DNA of 64,000 nucleotides from an uncultured bacterium (GTDB taxonomy: Bacteria > Krumholzibacteriota > Krumholzibacteriia > Krumholzibacteriales > Krumholzibacteriaceae), in contig CAVVEY010000014.1 of the NCBI GenBank assembly GCA_963747385.1, positions 6,590 to 70,589 of the forward strand. The letters run 5' to 3'. The notes below the pieces were generated by a model that saw only the letters and a program-made list of their open reading frames with translations, searched no databases and had not been told where the DNA came from. Numbering within the stretch: the stretch's first letter is position 1; the number at the start of each line of letters is the position of its first letter. This document shows positions 10,493-18,303 of this stretch, piece by piece. The position numbers and the translations under genes were made by a program.

Positions 10493-10569
10493 GGGGTCGT
10501 AGTTCAGTTGGTTAGAACGCCTGCCTGTCACGCAGGAGGTCGCGAGTTCGAGTCTCGTCGGCCCCGCCA
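10493..10569 (+). tRNA. tRNA-Asp (anticodon GTC), CCA encoded
   Basis: Cloverleaf GGGGTCG TA GTTC AGTTGGTTA GAAC G CCTGC CTGTCAC GCAGG AGGTC GCGAG TTCGAGT CTCGT CGGCCCC G CCA. It is close to E. coli tRNA-Asp. Confidence 0.95.
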
Positions 10570-10619
10570 TATTACTTCTTTCAGGATAACAAAATAGCTG
10601 CTCAGTTCGGTCAATAACG

Positions 10620-11930
10620 ATGCGATTTTCTGATTACCTGACCGAAACGTTTTGGGCTGCCGTCGACAAAGCCCTGCCCCTCATCTACGGCTTCGGCTAC
10701 ATATTTCTCGTCGCCCGCGTTCTTCCCAAGACGGAATTCGGCTGGCTGGCGCAGTTCGAGATCGTCTATTACTTCATCCTGATGCTGGACCTCGCGATCG
10801 CGCAAACCCCGATGGCCAAGTTCACCGCCGAGACAAAGGATTCGGTATGGGCCGTTCCCAACGGATTCTTTCTGAGTTTTGTCGTTCTTTCCGGCTCCGG
10901 CATCGCGTGCGTGGCGGCGAGGGGGTCGCTCGCGAGCTGGCTGAACGCTCCCGGTCTCGAGAATATTATCCCGAGCGTGCCGGTTCTGCTCGCGGCAGGC
11001 TATTTCAAGACTCTCTCCGGCCAGATCTGCGTGGCACGAAATTGGACGGGACGATTGGTCGTCATCGACGCCGTCTATTTTCTGGGCTCCCTGACGCTGT
11101 TGATGATCATGAGCTTTTCGGGCATGCTTTCGTCCGCGCGGCAGGTCATCCAGGCCAATATCTATCTGGCCTCCGCGGCCTCGCTCGTCGGCGTGCTCTT
11201 GACCTTCCCGGTGTTGAAACAGGTGAGCTGGCGTCTGCGCGGCGCTCACCTGCGACGCTTCCTCGCTTTCAGCCGCTATTCGCTGGGCGCGAGCTTCGGA
11301 GCCTATCTGAACGGCTTCATCGACGTCATTCTCGTCTCGCGTTTCCTGGGCACGGTGCCGGTCGGGATCTATCGCGCCGGAAAGATCATCTACCGCTTCT
11401 ACAACGCCTTCTCGCAAGCCGCGCAGGTGATCATTCTGCCGCTCGCTTCCCGATTCTCCGCCTCCGGCCAGATGGCCTCGCTGCGCGCCCTGTACGAGAA
11501 GTCGATCTATTTCTCCTATATGCTGCTCTTGCCGCTGAACGCGTTCCTGCTGCTCTCCGCCGATTGGATCGTCGCGCTGCTCTATTCCGGCAAGTATCCG
11601 GAAGCCGTCCCGGTATTTCGCTGGCTCCTGGTCGGCGCATTCTTCCTTCCGTGGGGCACCGTCGGCATCAACGTTCTCCTCGGCGCCGACAAGCCCAAGC
11701 TGAGCTTTCGCATCACCTGGGCCGTCGTGGCGGTCAACGCGGTGTTCAGCTACTTCTTCATACGGTCTTTCGGCGTCAACGGCGCCGCGATGGTGATTGG
11801 AATCACCTCCCTGGTCGGCGCTGTTCTCACCACGTACTACGCCAAATCCGTCGTCCGCTTTACCTGGCGGGGCATCTTCTCTCGGCACGTCGATGTTGCA
11901 AATTTCGCGAAAGCCATGAAACGATCATGA
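10620..11930 (+). CDS. Polysaccharide/oligosaccharide flippase (Wzx-like, MOP superfamily)
   Basis: 436-aa polytopic membrane protein with the layout typical of polysaccharide-biosynthesis (Wzx) proteins. Its stop overlaps the next ATG (ATGA). Confidence 0.8.
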   Translation: MRFSDYLTETFWAAVDKALPLIYGFGYIFLVARVLPKTEFGWLAQFEIVYYFILMLDLAIAQTPMAKFTAETKDSVWAVPNGFFLSFVVLSGSGIACVAARGSLASWLNAPGLENIIPSVPVLLAAGYFKTLSGQICVARNWTGRLVVIDAVYFLGSLTLLMIMSFSGMLSSARQVIQANIYLASAASLVGVLLTFPVLKQVSWRLRGAHLRRFLAFSRYSLGASFGAYLNGFIDVILVSRFLGTVPVGIYRAGKIIYRFYNAFSQAAQVIILPLASRFSASGQMASLRALYEKSIYFSYMLLLPLNAFLLLSADWIVALLYSGKYPEAVPVFRWLLVGAFFLPWGTVGINVLLGADKPKLSFRITWAVVAVNAVFSYFFIRSFGVNGAAMVIGITSLVGAVLTTYYAKSVVRFTWRGIFSRHVDVANFAKAMKRS

Positions 11931-13060
11931 TCTGCGCGCACTATCTTTCGAAGTACCTCGCCACGACGCTGAACTGGCTTCATGTCATTCTGCGTTCCAC
12001 CGATAGCTACGAGCCTGTCATGCTCGCGCGCACGACGAGCAATCTCGGGGATTTCCCGATGAAGAATCTCTATGCGCTTTCGGATCTTGCGCCTCCGCGT
12101 CGCCTCTACAATCTCGCCGTGTACAAGACTCTCGGATATTTCCCGCTCTTCTACAAGGCCGCCCGGGAGCACGACGTCGATCTTCTGCACGTTCATCTCG
12201 GCTACGACGGCTATAGAATGCTGCCGCTGAAGCGCAAATTGCGGGTTCCGATGGTTACGGGGTTTTTCGGAATCGACGCGTCGAAATATCTGCAATTGCC
12301 CGAATGGCGCGAGCGGTATCGGCGGCTGTTCGACGAAGGAGAATGCTTTCTGGCGCTGGGGCCGCGCATGCGCGAGGCCCTCGTCGACGCCGGGTGCCCG
12401 GCCGCGAAGCTGCAAATATTCCACGTCGCGATCGCCGTCGAGGAGTTCCCGTTTCGCGCGCGGGTTCTGCATGCGCGTGAAAGCGCGACGATTCTGATGG
12501 GAGCGACCTTTCGAGAGAAGAAGGGGATCGCCTACGCGCTGGATGCGATGGGGTCGCTCAGGAAGCGAGGCCTGCCGTTCAGATTCGTTCTCGCCGGAGA
12601 CGGGCCGCTCCGAGCGCAGATCGAGCGGCAGATTCTCGATCTGGATTTACGGCAGCATGTGGAGTTGCTCGGATACGTCGACCCTCTGGCTTTCCGCGGC
12701 CTGATGGAGCGCTCGCATATCGTGATCCTGCCGAGCGTGACGGCGAGCGACGGCGATACGGAGGGCACGCCTCTCGTTCTCGTCGAAGCTCTCGCGATGG
12801 GAATCCCCGTCGTGTCGACGATGCACGCCGACATTCCCGAAATCGTGAAAGACGGCGTGAACGGCTTTCTCGTGCCGGAAAGGGATTCCGGCGCGCTGGC
12901 GGAGCGGCTGATCCATCTCGTCGAGCATCCGGAATCGTGGGAGGTGATGGGCCGCGCCGGGCGCGAGCACGTCGCGGAGCAGTTCAACGCCGCGAAGCAA
13001 TTCGATAAATTAATGGGCATCTATTCCGGTCTTATCCGCACGCGGGAAGGCGCTTCATGA
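11927..13060 (+). CDS. Glycosyltransferase family 4 (GT-B)
   Basis: Real part of ORF 10652-13060, starting at ATG 11927. Motifs: FREKKGIAYALDA, LAGDGPLR, PSVTASDGDTEGTPLVLVEALAMGIPVVST and GFLVPE (E-x7-E type). Confidence 0.85.
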   Translation: MICAHYLSKYLATTLNWLHVILRSTDSYEPVMLARTTSNLGDFPMKNLYALSDLAPPRRLYNLAVYKTLGYFPLFYKAAREHDVDLLHVHLGYDGYRMLPLKRKLRVPMVTGFFGIDASKYLQLPEWRERYRRLFDEGECFLALGPRMREALVDAGCPAAKLQIFHVAIAVEEFPFRARVLHARESATILMGATFREKKGIAYALDAMGSLRKRGLPFRFVLAGDGPLRAQIERQILDLDLRQHVELLGYVDPLAFRGLMERSHIVILPSVTASDGDTEGTPLVLVEALAMGIPVVSTMHADIPEIVKDGVNGFLVPERDSGALAERLIHLVEHPESWEVMGRAGREHVAEQFNAAKQFDKLMGIYSGLIRTREGAS

Positions 13061-13800
13061 AAACGGCAGGGGAGATAAAGGAATATTACGACGAGTTCTC
13101 GAAATCGACCTTTCTCAGGGATTTTCGGATCGTCAATCTCCGACAGCAGGCGATCAGGAAGCTCTGCGATCGTTTCATCCCGCCCGGCGCGCGCGTCCTG
13201 GAAATAGGCTGCGGCGCGGGGATTATCTCGAAACATCTCGAACCGCGCGTATCCCGTCTCGTGGGGATCGACATCAGCGAAACCGCCGTGAAGATGGCGC
13301 AGCTGTACGTGACCGGCGACAAATGCGAGTTCACGGCGCTCGACGTCACGGGAGACGCGAGCGATCTGGAGCGGCACGAGAAGTTCGACGCGATACTCGT
13401 GCCTGACGTTCTCGAGCACATTCCGAAGGAGCGGCAGCGCGCGCTGTTCGAGCGGATCGAGAATCTTCTGGGACCTCGAGGAATCGTTTTGATCACGTAT
13501 CCGAGCCCGGAATATCAGGAGTACCTCCGGCGCAGCAGGCCCGAGCTCCTGCAGGTTGTCGACGAGACCCTGCGGCTTTCCGAGATACTGGCGATCACCT
13601 CGCTCCAGCCCCGGTATTTCGCCTACGTCGACGCGGGGGAGAGGAACCAGTACGTTCATCTGGCGCTCGCGCCGGCGATGGAGTACTCTCCGGAATCTCC
13701 GCCGGTCGACTTCGGGGGAAAGGTCGTTCGCAGGGCGCGGAAGACCCTGTGGAGATTGCGCAACGAGGCTTTTCTGCGCAAGGTGAAGAATGCTCTTTGA
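13057..13800 (+). CDS. Class I SAM-dependent methyltransferase
   Basis: VLEIGCGAGIIS SAM-binding motif, followed by DAILVPDVLEHI. Confidence 0.8.
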   Translation: MKTAGEIKEYYDEFSKSTFLRDFRIVNLRQQAIRKLCDRFIPPGARVLEIGCGAGIISKHLEPRVSRLVGIDISETAVKMAQLYVTGDKCEFTALDVTGDASDLERHEKFDAILVPDVLEHIPKERQRALFERIENLLGPRGIVLITYPSPEYQEYLRRSRPELLQVVDETLRLSEILAITSLQPRYFAYVDAGERNQYVHLALAPAMEYSPESPPVDFGGKVVRRARKTLWRLRNEAFLRKVKNAL

Positions 13801-14461
13801 GCGAAGCAAGAATGCGAAGCCGCATAACTGGCTGATACACCGTTACTGCGTGCGCTCCGTCAGGAAGAACGCCTCCCGCCTGAAGGGCAGCGTGCTCGAC
13901 ATCGGCTGCGGAATAAAACCGTATAAAGAGATCGTCGAGAAATACTGCACGGCGTATATCGGCCTGGATCGGCCGGCGTCCCTTCACGGCCTGAAAGAGG
14001 TCGAAGTCGCCGGCGACGCCCTCTTCCTTCCCTTCGGCGACGAGAGCTTCGATTCGGTCGTCTCGTTTCAGGTCATGGAGCACGTCACCGAGCCGCGGAT
14101 CTTCCTGTCGGAGGCGTTTCGCGTCATGAAGCCCGGCGGCACGGCGCTCTTGACGACCCCGTTCATGTGGGGCGAGCACGAGCAGCCGCACGATTATTTT
14201 CGTTACACGCGCTACGGCCTGCGCTATCTGGCCGAGAAGGCCGGTTTCGAGGTGATCGAGATCGAGCCCGACACGGGCTACTGGTCGACGGCGACCTTGC
14301 GGTTCAATTACTGGCTCAATCGTTTCGGCAAGGGGCCGCTGCGATATCTGCTGGCGCCGGTCTGGCTGAATCAGTATCTCGCGCTCTGGCTCGATCGTGT
14401 CGATCGATCCTACACCGCGGACACGGCGACCTTCACCTGCCTTCTCCGGAAGCCCCGCTGA
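13790..14461 (+). CDS. Class I SAM-dependent methyltransferase (type 11-like)
   Basis: VLDIGCG, FDSVVSFQVMEHV and MKPGGTALLTTP. Confidence 0.8.
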   Translation: MLFERSKNAKPHNWLIHRYCVRSVRKNASRLKGSVLDIGCGIKPYKEIVEKYCTAYIGLDRPASLHGLKEVEVAGDALFLPFGDESFDSVVSFQVMEHVTEPRIFLSEAFRVMKPGGTALLTTPFMWGEHEQPHDYFRYTRYGLRYLAEKAGFEVIEIEPDTGYWSTATLRFNYWLNRFGKGPLRYLLAPVWLNQYLALWLDRVDRSYTADTATFTCLLRKPR

Positions 14462-14562
14462 GGAGAGACTGCTCGACCTTTTCTGTCCCATTGAAAAGTC
14501 CCCGCGCTCATGATATAATAGGCCCGATCAACGGCACATATCGCTTCGTGGAGGGGGATTCA

Positions 14563-15180
14563 ATGAAACGCTCCATATTTCCTTCGATCGGTGTTCGCTG
14601 CCTTGCGATTGCTGCGGTTCTCTGTGTCGCAAGCTCCGTGTCCGCGGAACTTCCGGATGTCGGCTACATCGGGGTGTTCAAGGATGCGACTCATGACACC
14701 AGCCCGGCTTCGCGCGGAGCCGGTTATAATGTATGCCCGGCCCAGTACGAACAGTTCCAATGCTGGATCTGGTGCCTGCCGTGCTGGGAGGGAATGATGG
14801 GGGCGAAGTTCGCCGTCAGTTTCCCGCCGTCGACGGTCGTGATTCTCGAAACGGTCCAGAATCCCAACATCAGGGCCTCTGTCGGCACGCTTATAGAGGG
14901 CATCGAATTCGCTTTGAATGAGGATTTGTGCCAGATGGATTGGATGTGGACGCATCAAATCACAATGCTGCGGCTGGGTCTCCCGACAGTCTCTGACAAG
15001 ATCGGGATCGTTCCGCATTCCGATCCGTACATGGGCGGGCTTGGGTTCTATACCTGCTATGGCAAGCCTTTTCCGGTCCCCATCGATGTTCTAACTCCTC
15101 TGTATATCTGCTGGACCCCGGATCCTGGCCCCCTCGGCGTGCAGGATACAAGCTGGGGAGCGATCAAGAGCTTGTTCTGA
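14563..15180 (+). CDS. Small secreted Cys-containing protein, WGAIKSLF-tail family, dispersed copy 4
   Basis: ATG at 14563 after GGAGGGGG. Signal peptide ends ...CVASSVSA. It shares ELPDVGYIGVFKDATHD, FAVSFPPSTV, CQMDWMWTHQI and LYICW with the other copies and ends DTSWGAIKSLF*. Confidence 0.85.
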   Translation: MKRSIFPSIGVRCLAIAAVLCVASSVSAELPDVGYIGVFKDATHDTSPASRGAGYNVCPAQYEQFQCWIWCLPCWEGMMGAKFAVSFPPSTVVILETVQNPNIRASVGTLIEGIEFALNEDLCQMDWMWTHQITMLRLGLPTVSDKIGIVPHSDPYMGGLGFYTCYGKPFPVPIDVLTPLYICWTPDPGPLGVQDTSWGAIKSLF

Positions 15181-15232
15181 GAGGCGCTTCGACGGCAAGC
15201 AGGGGCTGCACAAAGAGCGTTTTGTGCGCAAA

Positions 15233-15272
15233 GAAAAGGGCTCCGAAGCTTGACGCTCCGGAGCCCTTTTTA
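15233..15272. terminator. Bidirectional rho-independent terminator between convergent genes
   Basis: AAAA-GGGCTCCG...CGGAGCCC-TTTTT: an A-tract and a T-tract flank the stem. A second hairpin, GCACAAA..TTTGTGC, lies just upstream. Confidence 0.7.
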
Positions 15273-15296
15273 CTTATCGGCTATCCAATCCTGCGA

Positions 15297-15650
15297 TTAG
15301 AAGCGATCCCGGCCGCCGCCGCTGCCGCCCCTGCGACCGCCGCCGCCGCCACCACCGTAACCGCCGCCGCCGCCGAATCCGCCGCCGCCCCTGGGCTTGT
15401 CCTCGCGCGGCTGGGCTTCGCTGACCTTCAGCGCCCGACCGTCGACGTCCTTGCCGTTGAGAGCTGCGATGGCCTTATCGGCCTCTTCGTTGTTGTCCAT
15501 CTCGACGAAACCGAAGCCCCTCGAGCGATCCGTGAACTTGTCCTTGATCACGCGCGCGGAGGTGACGGCGCCGAAAGGCGCGAAAATCGAATTCAACTGG
15601 TCGTCGTTCGTGTCGAACGACAGGTTGCCTACGTAAATCTTCTTTGCCAT
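15297..15650 (-). CDS. Glycine-rich RNA-binding protein (single RRM)
   Basis: MAKKIYVGNLSF (RNP-2) and RGFGFVEM (RNP-1), with a C-terminal tail RGGGGFGGGGGYGGGGGGGRRGGSGGGRDRF. Confidence 0.9.
   Translation of the reverse strand: MAKKIYVGNLSFDTNDDQLNSIFAPFGAVTSARVIKDKFTDRSRGFGFVEMDNNEEADKAIAALNGKDVDGRALKVSEAQPREDKPRGGGGFGGGGGYGGGGGGGRRGGSGGGRDRF
15346..15437. repeat. 92-nt tract identical to 16166-16257 (within the two RRM genes)
   Basis: Direct comparison of the two genes shows an uninterrupted identical run covering the Gly-rich tail and the end of the RRM. Flanking coding sequence is clearly diverged. Confidence 0.8.
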
Positions 15651-16050
15651 AGTAACTGGATCCTTTCACTAACCGAATGTATACACTGACAATTAATGCT
15701 ACTGCGCAATGCTATACTTTCCCTGGGCCGATACGCTTCACCTCTCCTTCGAATTCAAATCCCCGATCGCTTCAGGCTTCCCCGGTTCGAGGCGCGCCCG
15801 CACACTTTGCCTACAAGAATATTATCGATTCAGAATTTTCCCGTGATTGATAAGGGAGGTTTGCACTGCATCGATAGGGCTCTTGCAAAGAGGCGATATT
15901 GGATTCTGATCTACTGACTGACGCTGAACACTCCTTCGGAAAACGAACCACTTTTCCAGTATAATGCATGTTTCGTGCAAAAAGCGAGTAAAATCTTCGA
16001 TTATTTCATGAATTTTGGGCGACGGCGTGATGGGGAGGATGCGCGGCTTT

Positions 16051-16091
16051 AAAAAAGCCGAGGGCGCGAACGCCTCGTGCGTCGCGCCCTC
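16051..16091 (-). terminator. Rho-independent terminator of the second RRM gene
   Basis: On the minus strand, GAGGGCGCGA-12 nt-TCGCGCCCTC is followed by GGCTTTTTT. Confidence 0.6.
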
Positions 16092-16113
16092 AACGCAGTT
16101 TCAGGGCTTCATT

Positions 16114-16470
16114 CTAATAACGGTCGCGACCGCCGCCACCGCCGCCGCCCCTGCGGCCACCGCCACCGCCACCACCGTAACCGCCGCCGCCGCCGAATCC
16201 GCCGCCGCCCCTGGGCTTGTCCTCGCGCGGCTGGGCTTCGCTGACCTTCAGCGCCCGGCCGTCCACGTCCTTGCCGTTGAGCTCGGCGATCGCCTTATCG
16301 GCTTCCGCGTTGTTTTCCATCTCGACGAAACCGAAGCCGCGGGAGCGACCGGTGAGCCGGTCCATGATGACGTTGGCCGAGGTTACCGCGCCATAGGATT
16401 TGAAAAGCTGATTCAGCTTATCGTCGTTCGTATCGAACGATAGGTTGCCGACGTATATTTTCTTAGACAT
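16114..16470 (-). CDS. Glycine-rich RNA-binding protein (single RRM), paralog
   Basis: Start at MSKKIYVGNLSF (internal Met of ORF 16114-16500), RGFGFVEM, and a Gly/Arg-rich tail ending GGGRDRY. Confidence 0.9.
   Translation of the reverse strand: MSKKIYVGNLSFDTNDDKLNQLFKSYGAVTSANVIMDRLTGRSRGFGFVEMENNAEADKAIAELNGKDVDGRALKVSEAQPREDKPRGGGGFGGGGGYGGGGGGGRRGGGGGGGRDRY
16166..16257. repeat. 92-nt tract identical to 15346-15437
   Basis: See the partner repeat. The offset between the two copies is exactly 820 nt. Confidence 0.8.
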
Positions 16471-16706
16471 TGCACAGAATCCTTTCACTTGCCTTTTCAT
16501 GAGTTCGAAAATTAACTCAACGTTGCCGCTGTTTCCTGACCGATACGTTCACCTCTCTTTTTCTCCCGGAATCCAGAATCATGCACGCCCGGGGCTGCGT
16601 CACCCCGAAGACGCGCGCCGCTTCACGAGATTGACTGCGAACCTGATTGTCGGGGAGAGTGTACTACTGGGGGACCGACAAGACCAGCGATTTTTTATCA
16701 ACACTG

Positions 16707-16735
16707 TTGTATGAAAAAGGGGTACTTGCTATCAT
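16707..16735 (+). promoter_or_regulatory. Possible sigma70-like promoter for the MFS transporter gene
   Basis: TTGTAT-17 nt-TATCAT, about 68 nt upstream of ATG 16803, in an AT-richer intergenic region. Confidence 0.3.
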
Positions 16736-16802
16736 GCCGCGTAATAAAAGCTCATACCGGTTCGCGTGTTCGAAACCTCTTCAGGGAGAAAGAGAGTGAA
16801 CC

Positions 16803-18200
16803 ATGACTGAAAAAGTCTATCAACTTCTCAGCGATTCCAAGAAAGCGCGCTGGGCGGCCCTTCTGATCGTATCTTTCACGATGTTCGCCGGATATTATCT
16901 GGCCGATCTCATGGCGCCGCTCCAGGATATGCTTCAGAGACAGCTGGGTTGGAGCAGCACCGATTACGGCTGGTATACCGGGGCCTATGGCTGGTTCAAC
17001 GTCTTCTTCTTTTTCCTGATCCTCGGCGGAATCATCCTCGACAAGATGGGCATCCGTTTCTCCGGATTGACCTCCGCCATAGTCATGGTCTGCGGGGCGG
17101 CGATCAAGTACTGGGCGATAACGACCCACGCCCTCGATGGTCAGGCCTGGCATATCCTCTTTTGGACCTTTCCGGCGCAGGTCTGGATGGCCGCTTTCGG
17201 ATATGCGGTCTTCGGTGTCGGGCTCGAGGTCGCCGGAATCACCACTTCCAAGGTCATCGTCAAATGGTTCAAGGGGCATGAATTGGCCCTGGGGATGGGA
17301 CTCCAGCTGGCTATCGCCCGCATGGGTACGGCTCTCGCGCTCTCCACCTCCGTGCCCATCGCCAAGGCTTTCGGCACCGTCAGCGCCCCCCTGCTCATCT
17401 GCCTTATCATGCTCTGCATCGGCGTGCTCGCCTTCTTCGTTTATACCTTGAGCGACAAGAGACTCGACGCCTCGCTGGCCACGGCTCGGGGCACGGTCGA
17501 AAAGTCGAGCGAAGAAGAGTTCCACATGAGGGACATCCTGGCCATCATTACCAACCGCGCCTGGTGGTATCTGGCCATACTCTGCGCCCTCTTCTATTCG
17601 GCGGTGTTCCCCTTCCTGAAATACGCGACGAGCCTCATGATCAACAAGTTCCACGTCAACGAGAACCTGGCGGGCCTCATCCCTTCGCTGCTTCCCTTCG
17701 GGACAATCCTGCTCACGCCCTTCTTCGGCAACCTCTTCGACCGAAAGGGCAAAGGGGCGACCATCATGATGGTCGGAGCGCTTTTGATCATTCTCGTGCA
17801 CCTGCTCTTCTCCATTCCCATGCTCAACCACTGGTTTATCGCCGTCCTGCTGATGATCGTTCTGGGGATCGCATTCTCTCTGGTGCCTTCGGCGATGTGG
17901 CCCTCGGTGGCCAAGATCATCTCCGAGAAACAGCTGGGCACTGCGTACGCTCTGATCTTCTATATCCAGAATATGATCGCCCTCATGTTCGTCCCGGCGA
18001 CGATCGGGTGGGTGCTCGACAAATACTGTGTCGTGTCGCGGACCGTCGTGGACGGGCAACAGGCGACGTCCTACAACTACACGATCCCGATGATAATCTT
18101 CACCGTGATCGGTGTTCTATCGCTGCTCTTCGCCTTTTTGCTGAAGGTCGAGGACAAGAAGAAGGGCTACGGCCTGCAGCTGCCGAACATAAAAAGCTGA
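16803..18200 (+). CDS. MFS transporter
   Basis: 465-aa protein with about 12 hydrophobic segments and an MFS-like loop, LDKMGIRFSG. Confidence 0.85.
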   Translation: MTEKVYQLLSDSKKARWAALLIVSFTMFAGYYLADLMAPLQDMLQRQLGWSSTDYGWYTGAYGWFNVFFFFLILGGIILDKMGIRFSGLTSAIVMVCGAAIKYWAITTHALDGQAWHILFWTFPAQVWMAAFGYAVFGVGLEVAGITTSKVIVKWFKGHELALGMGLQLAIARMGTALALSTSVPIAKAFGTVSAPLLICLIMLCIGVLAFFVYTLSDKRLDASLATARGTVEKSSEEEFHMRDILAIITNRAWWYLAILCALFYSAVFPFLKYATSLMINKFHVNENLAGLIPSLLPFGTILLTPFFGNLFDRKGKGATIMMVGALLIILVHLLFSIPMLNHWFIAVLLMIVLGIAFSLVPSAMWPSVAKIISEKQLGTAYALIFYIQNMIALMFVPATIGWVLDKYCVVSRTVVDGQQATSYNYTIPMIIFTVIGVLSLLFAFLLKVEDKKKGYGLQLPNIKS

Positions 18201-18217
18201 CGGGCGCGGGTAGTAAG

Positions 18218-18289
18218 GGCGCCGGATATTCCCGCTCCGAGCCCAGTCGCAGGGCTCCAATGGGCTCGTTCGCGGGAATATCCGGCGCC
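18218..18289. repeat. 18-bp perfect inverted repeat (long hairpin) between convergent genes; possible bidirectional terminator
   Basis: GGCGCCGGATATTCCCGC (18218-18235) pairs with GCGGGAATATCCGGCGCC (18272-18289). An inner GAGCCC/GGGCTC pair is present, and there is no U-tract. Confidence 0.5.
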
Positions 18290-18303
18290 ATCTCCGCCGC
18301 CCG

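Noticed and set aside
10339-10620. tRNA-Asp as a possible integration hotspot for a genomic island, since a glycan cluster begins right after it.
   Set aside because: I see no integrase, no direct repeat of the tRNA 3' end downstream, and no compositional break in the flanking genes.
10652-13060. 802-aa ORF implying a large fusion protein.
   Set aside because: The first roughly 425 codons are an out-of-frame overlap of the flippase gene (R/G/P-rich). The real GT4 gene starts at ATG 11927.
15222-16443. Ala/Thr-rich plus-strand ORFs 15222-15689 and 16015-16443, and GCC/GCCGCC periodicity that could be read as a repeat array.
   Set aside because: They are the antisense of the Gly-rich (GGC/GGT codon) tails of the RRM genes. 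This is not a CRISPR array or an independent gene.
16752-18059. 435-aa minus-strand ORF opposite the MFS transporter.
   Set aside because: It is highly charged (D/E/R/H/G-rich) with no hydrophobic core or motifs. The plus-strand MFS gene explains the open frame.
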